Origin: an uncultured Pelagibacteraceae bacterium | Lineage (GTDB): Bacteria > Pseudomonadota > Alphaproteobacteria > Pelagibacterales > AG-422-B15 | Assembly: GCA_902590345.1 (NCBI GenBank) | Contig: CACIWK010000001.1 | Location: 40,341-104,340 of the forward strand | Direction of reading: 5' to 3' | DNA: 64,000 nucleotides | Shown here: positions 59,171 to 64,000 of the stretch, piece by piece | How the letters are laid out: each line of letters starts with the position of its first letter | Position numbering within the stretch: position 1 is the stretch's first letter | Notes under the pieces: generated by a model | Told to the model about the DNA's origin: nothing | The model's database searches: none | What the model saw: only the letters and a program-made list of their open reading frames with translations | Position numbers and translations under genes: made by a program

Positions 59171-60411
59171 AACTTTCGTTCAGCTCTCTTTATGCGCGCT
59201 TAGTTACTGTGGGTATGACAATTCTTGCAATTTCAGTATCCCTTATGCTTTATATGAGTGTAGAAAAGTTAAGAACTTCAGCATATACAAGTTTTACCGA
59301 TACAATCTCACAGACTGATTTAATTGTTGGCGCAAGAGCTAGTTCAGTGCAACTGTTGTTATATTCAGTTTTTAGAATTGGAAACGCTACGAATAATATA
59401 ACATGGGAGAGTTATTTAGACTTAGTGAGCAAAGAAGAAGTTGATTGGACAGTTCCAATTTCGTTGGGAGATAGCCATAAGGGATTTAGAGTAATGGGTA
59501 CCAACAAAGAATTTTTTTCTCGATATAAATATAGAGGTAGTCAGTCTGTAAGTATTGATAAAGGTTATTTATTTGAGGATCTATACGACGTCGTTTTGGG
59601 TGCTGGGGTTGCTGAAAAACTAGGATATAAAATCGGTACTTCACTTGTAGTTTCCCATGGATTACAGTCTTTTTCAGATCACGATGATCAACCTTTTAGA
59701 GTATCAGGGATACTTAAAAAGACAGGAACACCTGTAGATAATACTGTAATCGTCAGCCTGGCTGCTATTGAAGCAATTCATGTTGATTGGTCAACTGGAG
59801 CTAAAATACCAGGACAACTAACACCTATTGATGAGATACGCGAAATGGATCTAACTCCTAAAAATATCACTGCTGCACTAGTAGGTGTTAAATCAAAATT
59901 AACTATCTTTCAACTTCAGCGCTGGATCAATGAGTATCCTGAAGAAGCGATGACTGCAATTCTTCCTGGCGCTGCGCTGCAGGAGCTATGGCGAGTAGTT
60001 GGAGTGATTGAAAACTTATTATTAGGGATATCGGTGGTTGTAATATTCACAACACTCGTTGGGATGGCAGCGATTATGTTTTCAAGTTTAAGTGAGAGAA
60101 GAAGAGAAATGGCGATCTGGAGAGCTATGGGTGCATCTCCTTTCACAGTGATTGGTTTATTAATGCTTGAAGCAATATTTATTTCAATTCTAAGTATTAC
60201 ATTCAGTGTAGTTTTATTATTTTGTGTGTTAAATTTATTACAACCATGGATTGATTACAATTATGGCATCTTAGTAAACATTGAAATGTTAGCTATAAAA
60301 GATATGTATGTTTTTGCTGTGTTTATCATTGCCTCAATAACAGTCAGTTTATTACCAGCAATAAGAGCTTACTGGTTTTCTATTAATGATGGTATGACGA
60401 TTAAATTATGA
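59161..60411 (+). CDS. ABC transporter permease, FtsX/MacB-type with a large periplasmic domain, ZrgC-like
   Basis: 416 aa. One N-terminal TM segment, a ~250-aa periplasmic domain, and three C-terminal TM segments (the FtsX fold). It overlaps the ATPase gene by 10 nt. Confidence 0.75.
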   Translation: MLLKLSFSSLYARLVTVGMTILAISVSLMLYMSVEKLRTSAYTSFTDTISQTDLIVGARASSVQLLLYSVFRIGNATNNITWESYLDLVSKEEVDWTVPISLGDSHKGFRVMGTNKEFFSRYKYRGSQSVSIDKGYLFEDLYDVVLGAGVAEKLGYKIGTSLVVSHGLQSFSDHDDQPFRVSGILKKTGTPVDNTVIVSLAAIEAIHVDWSTGAKIPGQLTPIDEIREMDLTPKNITAALVGVKSKLTIFQLQRWINEYPEEAMTAILPGAALQELWRVVGVIENLLLGISVVVIFTTLVGMAAIMFSSLSERRREMAIWRAMGASPFTVIGLLMLEAIFISILSITFSVVLLFCVLNLLQPWIDYNYGILVNIEMLAIKDMYVFAVFIIASITVSLLPAIRAYWFSINDGMTIKL

Positions 60412-60872
60412 TTAAAAAATTAAAAATCTTATTAATTATTTTTATTTTTATTCCGCTTTCTGCTTACTCAGCGCCAAAAGAAATAGACTGGGATGACCTA
60501 ATACCATGGACATCTGTTTTTAGCCCCGGCGAGGTAAAGTTTAATAAAAATCTCGAAGATAAGGAAGTTAAGATCCCTGGATATGTTTTGCCATTGGATA
60601 TGTACGGCCGAGGTATTAACACCTTTTTGTTAGTTCCATACATTGGAGCATGCATTCATGTCCCTCCACCAGCGCCTAATCAAATCGTTTATGTAGAAGC
60701 GGAGAATCCTTGGGAAGGTCTAGCCTGGTGGGAACCTGTTTACGTAACTGGAAAAATTAAAATTGAAAATCAAAATATTGAAGACCTTGCAATCGTAGGC
60801 TATGAATTAGCTGCAAACAATATCGAATATTATCGTGGTGAAACAGGGGTTCACGGATTCTTTGATTGGTAG
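60408..60872 (+). CDS. DUF3299 protein, ZrgD-like
   Basis: 154 aa. Signal peptide and the hallmark LLVPYIGACIHVPPPAPNQIVYV. It overlaps the permease gene by 4 nt. Confidence 0.7.
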   Translation: MIKKLKILLIIFIFIPLSAYSAPKEIDWDDLIPWTSVFSPGEVKFNKNLEDKEVKIPGYVLPLDMYGRGINTFLLVPYIGACIHVPPPAPNQIVYVEAENPWEGLAWWEPVYVTGKIKIENQNIEDLAIVGYELAANNIEYYRGETGVHGFFDW

Positions 60873-60888
60873 GATTTTACGAGTCTAT

Positions 60889-61296
60889 TTACTTATCCTT
60901 AAAGTACTCAATTATATCTGATTTATAATCAAGAGGTGGGAACCTTCCAATAATATTTGATTGATAGTTCCTTGGCCTATATCTTCTTCTGAGAAACCCA
61001 TCTTTAGCTTTTGTATACGATGATACTAAATTTTTTAGAGATGAAATATATAATGGTTTTTTTGGGTCTATATCTCCAAAAACGTAAGTAAAACGCTTAT
61101 CGGCAGACAGAGAGATTGCACAAGACCGCTTGCAGCAACTCATACAATTTACACCTCTGATGATAACGTCATCTTGTCTTTTGAAACTGTTCACAATTTT
61201 TTTTGCAAAGCGCTCGCCTCCTCGAGAATTATATTTTTCTTCTCGTCCATCTCGACAAGTTAAACAGATCGATAAAACAGGTTTAGTGTTGCTCAT
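60889..61296 (-). CDS. DUF1636-like Cys-rich putative metal-binding protein
   Basis: 135 aa. Cys pattern CLTC..(36 aa)..CMSCCKRSC. It is divergent from the COG0523 gene, with a Zur-box-like site between them. Confidence 0.55.
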   Translation of the reverse strand: MSNTKPVLSICLTCRDGREEKYNSRGGERFAKKIVNSFKRQDDVIIRGVNCMSCCKRSCAISLSADKRFTYVFGDIDPKKPLYISSLKNLVSSYTKAKDGFLRRRYRPRNYQSNIIGRFPPLDYKSDIIEYFKDK

Positions 61297-61312
61297 AAAT
61301 TGCTAAATTTAA

Positions 61313-61327
61313 TGTTATAATATAACA
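61313..61327. promoter_or_regulatory. Zur-box-like palindrome 3, in the DUF1636 / COG0523 divergent spacer
   Basis: TGTTATAATATAACA is identical to box 1 over all 15 nt. It lies 17 nt from the DUF1636 start codon and 63 nt from the COG0523 ATG. Confidence 0.8.
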
Positions 61328-61389
61328 ACTTGTATAATGCTTTTTTTTTAATTACAAGGTATGTTTAAAAAAAACTAATTTTGTAAAAT

Positions 61390-62364
61390 ATGGAAAATAG
61401 TTCATCACAAGTACCAGTCACTGTATTAACAGGTTTTTTAGGAGCAGGTAAAACTACTTTATTAAATCGTATTTTAACTGAGCAACACGGTCGTCGTTAT
61501 GCTGTAATTGTTAATGAGTTTGGTGAGCAAGGAATAGACAATGATCTCGTAGTTGATGCTGATGAAGAAGTTTTTGAAATGAACAATGGATGTATATGTT
61601 GCACAGTTAGGGGTGATTTAATACGTATACTTGGAGGTCTAATGAAGCGTGCAGATCAGCTGGATGCAATAATTGTAGAGACAACTGGACTTGCTGACCC
61701 TGCACCTGTAGCTCAAACATTTTTTGTCGATCAAGATGTTGCAGACCGAACTAAATTAGACGCTATTGTCACTGTCGCAGATGCTGTCCACCTTAGCACT
61801 CAACTTGGAGAACATCATGAGGCAGAAGAGCAGATCGCTTTTGCAGATGTAGTACTGCTCAATAAGATTGATTTAGTTGATCAAAGTCAGATTACCGGCG
61901 TTAAGGATCGCATTCGAAAAATTAATCCTTATACAAAAATTATTGAAACAAATAGATGCGCTGCACCTCTTGAAGAAATTCTTGGTCTTAATGCTTTTAG
62001 TCTTGATCGCGTCTTAGAGGTTGAACCTGATTTTTTGGACTCTGATCATGATCATGAACATGATGACGATGTAACCAGTGTTTCTTTTGTTTCTAACACT
62101 CCGCTTGACTTAGAAAAATTTGAGAAGTGGTTTGGAAACCTATTACAGACGCATGGTCAAAATATTCTTAGATCAAAGGGCATTCTTGATTTTAAGAATG
62201 AAAAAGATCGCTACGTATTTCAAGGAGTTCATATGCTCATGGATGCATCTCCTATGGGTCCATGGCCTGAGAAAAGTATTCGAAATTCCCGGGTTGTATT
62301 TATTGGTCGCAAATTAGAGACAATGAATTTGAAAGAGGGCTTCGAAAGTTGTAAATCAGATTAG
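61390..62364 (+). CDS. COG0523 (CobW/G3E family) GTPase, zinc-metallochaperone type
   Basis: 324 aa. Walker A GFLGAGKTT, metal motif GCICCTV, ETTGLADP, and NKIDL. A His/Asp linker (DSDHDHEHDDD) precedes the CobW C-terminal domain. Confidence 0.85.
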   Translation: MENSSSQVPVTVLTGFLGAGKTTLLNRILTEQHGRRYAVIVNEFGEQGIDNDLVVDADEEVFEMNNGCICCTVRGDLIRILGGLMKRADQLDAIIVETTGLADPAPVAQTFFVDQDVADRTKLDAIVTVADAVHLSTQLGEHHEAEEQIAFADVVLLNKIDLVDQSQITGVKDRIRKINPYTKIIETNRCAAPLEEILGLNAFSLDRVLEVEPDFLDSDHDHEHDDDVTSVSFVSNTPLDLEKFEKWFGNLLQTHGQNILRSKGILDFKNEKDRYVFQGVHMLMDASPMGPWPEKSIRNSRVVFIGRKLETMNLKEGFESCKSD

Positions 62365-62375
62365 TTCTGCTTTAG

Positions 62376-63395
62376 ATGAATAACGAGTCTGTAATAAAAT
62401 CCCGCTTTGAAGAAAATGGAAAGGTCTTTGAAACAGGCGCTCCTGTTACAGGTGCAGTTTCAATAGAGAATGCGGTTGCAGTTGGATTTGGAGACGGATC
62501 AATAAGGTTTTTTTGGCCAGATAATGATCCCTTAGAAGTTCAAGCACACTCTGGCGCAATACTAAGCATTGCTTCAAGTAATGATGGGGTCATAACAGGC
62601 GGGCAAGATGGTCGTTTTTTAAAAATATCGACAAATGCTGAGATCGAGGAAATTTACAATTTTGGAACGCGTTGGGTAGATAATGTAGCGGCATATGAAA
62701 GTATGGTTTTATGTTCGTCTGGAAAAAATGTCTACATCTGGTCAGATGAAAATGATAAGCCAAAAATACTAGAGCATCAAAGTACGATAGGTGGTATCGC
62801 AATTGATCAAAATGGAAGGAGAATTGCTGTCTCATGTTATGGAGGAGTAACTTTGTGGAGATTAGAAAAAAACAAATGGAAATCATCAAAATTTGCTTGG
62901 AAAGGTTCACACGGTAAAGTTGGGTTTAGTCCAGATGGGAAGTATCTGGTGACAACAATGCAAGAAAATGAGCTTCATGCTTGGCGAATACGAGATAAAG
63001 CAAGTTTTGCAATGTCAGGTTACCCGTCAAAAGTAAAAAGTTTTACATGGGCCGGAGACAACCCTTATCTAGTAACAGCGGGTGCAAAAGAAGCTATCTG
63101 CTGGCCATTCGATGGTAAGGAGGGTCCAAAAGGACGTAAGCCCCTTTGTATTGCAAGTGGTGGTCAACAAAACGCAACTTTTGTTGAGTCATTACCAGGA
63201 GAGAAAGCAGTTTTTGCTGGATTTCGTAACGGCATGGTTCTTCTCTCAGAATTATCAGAACATCCAAATGACGTCCTTATCCAAAATCCTACAGGATCAG
63301 AAGTATCAAATATTAGTATTTCACCCGATCGATCCCATATATTGGTCGGAGACTCAAAAGGCCAAATTTTATGGTCACCTCTTTGGGAGCAATAA
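62376..63395 (+). CDS. WD40-like beta-propeller protein
   Basis: 339 aa with repeated strand patterns (GDGSIRFF, ITGGQDGRFLKI, GKNVYIW, YGGVTLW, ENELHAWR, GAKEAICW, DSKGQILW). It starts 11 nt after the COG0523 stop. Confidence 0.7.
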   Translation: MNNESVIKSRFEENGKVFETGAPVTGAVSIENAVAVGFGDGSIRFFWPDNDPLEVQAHSGAILSIASSNDGVITGGQDGRFLKISTNAEIEEIYNFGTRWVDNVAAYESMVLCSSGKNVYIWSDENDKPKILEHQSTIGGIAIDQNGRRIAVSCYGGVTLWRLEKNKWKSSKFAWKGSHGKVGFSPDGKYLVTTMQENELHAWRIRDKASFAMSGYPSKVKSFTWAGDNPYLVTAGAKEAICWPFDGKEGPKGRKPLCIASGGQQNATFVESLPGEKAVFAGFRNGMVLLSELSEHPNDVLIQNPTGSEVSNISISPDRSHILVGDSKGQILWSPLWEQ

Positions 63396-63396
63396 A

Positions 63397-63660
63397 ATGG
63401 AAGGTATGTTTCAGAAAAAAATATCAAATAAAAGTGCTACTCAAAATTTAAAAAATCTAATCATAGAGAAATTTAAATTAAATGAAGATGCTACTGTAAG
63501 CATTGCTGAACTAAGCTGTCATGAGCCAAATTGCCCACCAAAAGAAACAATTATTACGATCCGTAAAGCTGATGGAAGCACTTCCAACCTACGAATTCAT
63601 AAAGCTTTGGATCAGATACAGAGGGAAGACGTTAAGACACTAAGACATGAAAAAAATTAA
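63397..63660 (+). CDS. 87-aa protein of unknown function with a CHEPNC motif
   Basis: The ATG lies 1 nt after the WD40 stop. The track lists it as a 192-aa ORF from 63082, but that N-terminus lies out of frame over the WD40 gene. The translation is MEGMFQKK...SIAELSCHEPNCPPKETIITIRKADG... Confidence 0.5.
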   Translation: MEGMFQKKISNKSATQNLKNLIIEKFKLNEDATVSIAELSCHEPNCPPKETIITIRKADGSTSNLRIHKALDQIQREDVKTLRHEKN

Positions 63661-63729
63661 ATATTATTTTATAAAAGTGAATTCTGCTTTTTATTCGTTT
63701 CTTCATCCTAATTTGACTGCTAACAGCAA

Positions 63730-64000
63730 TTACTCATATCTACTGTTATATACATCTTGTATTTGCGCTGGCCATTCTTGTCTGATGAAAGTGATCAGCT
63801 GCCAAACCTCATCTTCACTTAAGCTGTCATTGCCAAGCATCTTTCCCTCATAATTTGGATCGAAACTTGGAAAGCCATATTTAATAACTTGAAATAAATA
63901 TTCTGGTGAATGGTGCCACGTGTGACCAGTACCATTTAATGGTGGTGCTAGCCGATGTCCATCATCATCAAGAGTATTTTGCCAACCTTCTTGACCTTGT
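63730..64000 (-). CDS. C-terminal fragment of a cytochrome c-like protein (the start lies beyond the right edge)
   Basis: The reverse frame is open from the edge to TAA at 63732-63730. The translation ..LAPPLNGTGHTWHHSPEYLFQVIKYG..GKMLGNDSLSEDEVWQLITFI resembles the distal part of mono-haem c-type domains. The CxxCH motif is not in the window. Confidence 0.4.
   Translation of the reverse strand, partial: QGQEGWQNTLDDDGHRLAPPLNGTGHTWHHSPEYLFQVIKYGFPSFDPNYEGKMLGNDSLSEDEVWQLITFIRQEWPAQIQDVYNSRYE

Noticed and set aside
63082-63396. N-terminal 105 codons of the 192-aa track ORF 63082-63660
   Set aside because: This part overlaps the WD40 gene in another frame and translates to unconvincing sequence. 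An ATG at 63397, 1 nt after the WD40 stop, gives a compact 87-aa gene.

Overview
AT-rich (roughly one-third G+C by eye) and very gene-dense chromosomal segment. It holds about 75 genes, many with 1-8 nt overlaps, and most spacers are under 100 nt. Core gene order is alphaproteobacterial: ribF-ileS-lspA, groES-groEL, hisS-hisZ-hisG, murA-DUF2948-hisD-infA-maf, and msbA-DUF374-waaA-lpxK-lpxL. A streamlined marine alphaproteobacterium (SAR11/HIMB59-like) is my inference, not a demonstrated identity. Most of the window is ordinary housekeeping. Five things stand out. (1) At the left edge a cobalamin riboswitch drives a TonB-dependent receptor that the ORF track misses because the gene runs off the window. 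(2) The right-hand ~10 kb (53.9-63.7 kb) is a zinc-starvation island tied together by three copies of a TGTTAT-N3-ATAACA palindrome (Zur-box-like). It contains znuA-DUF1826 divergent from znuC-znuB-zur, a second ZrgABCD-like importer (DUF2796 His-rich protein, ABC ATPase, FtsX permease, DUF3299), and a Cys-rich DUF1636 gene divergent from a COG0523 GTPase, a WD40 propeller and an 87-aa Cys protein. The last trio is the least explained part of the window. (3) tRNA-His lacks an encoded G-1 and has G1-U72/A73, and it lies close to hisS. (4) A kinase plus dehydrogenase pair looks like a split ACAD10/11. (5) A Rieske/M20/M24 module has no identifiable substrate. I saw no rRNA, CRISPR array, integrase, transposase or prophage. 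All family calls come from reading motifs in the supplied translations. No database search was run.
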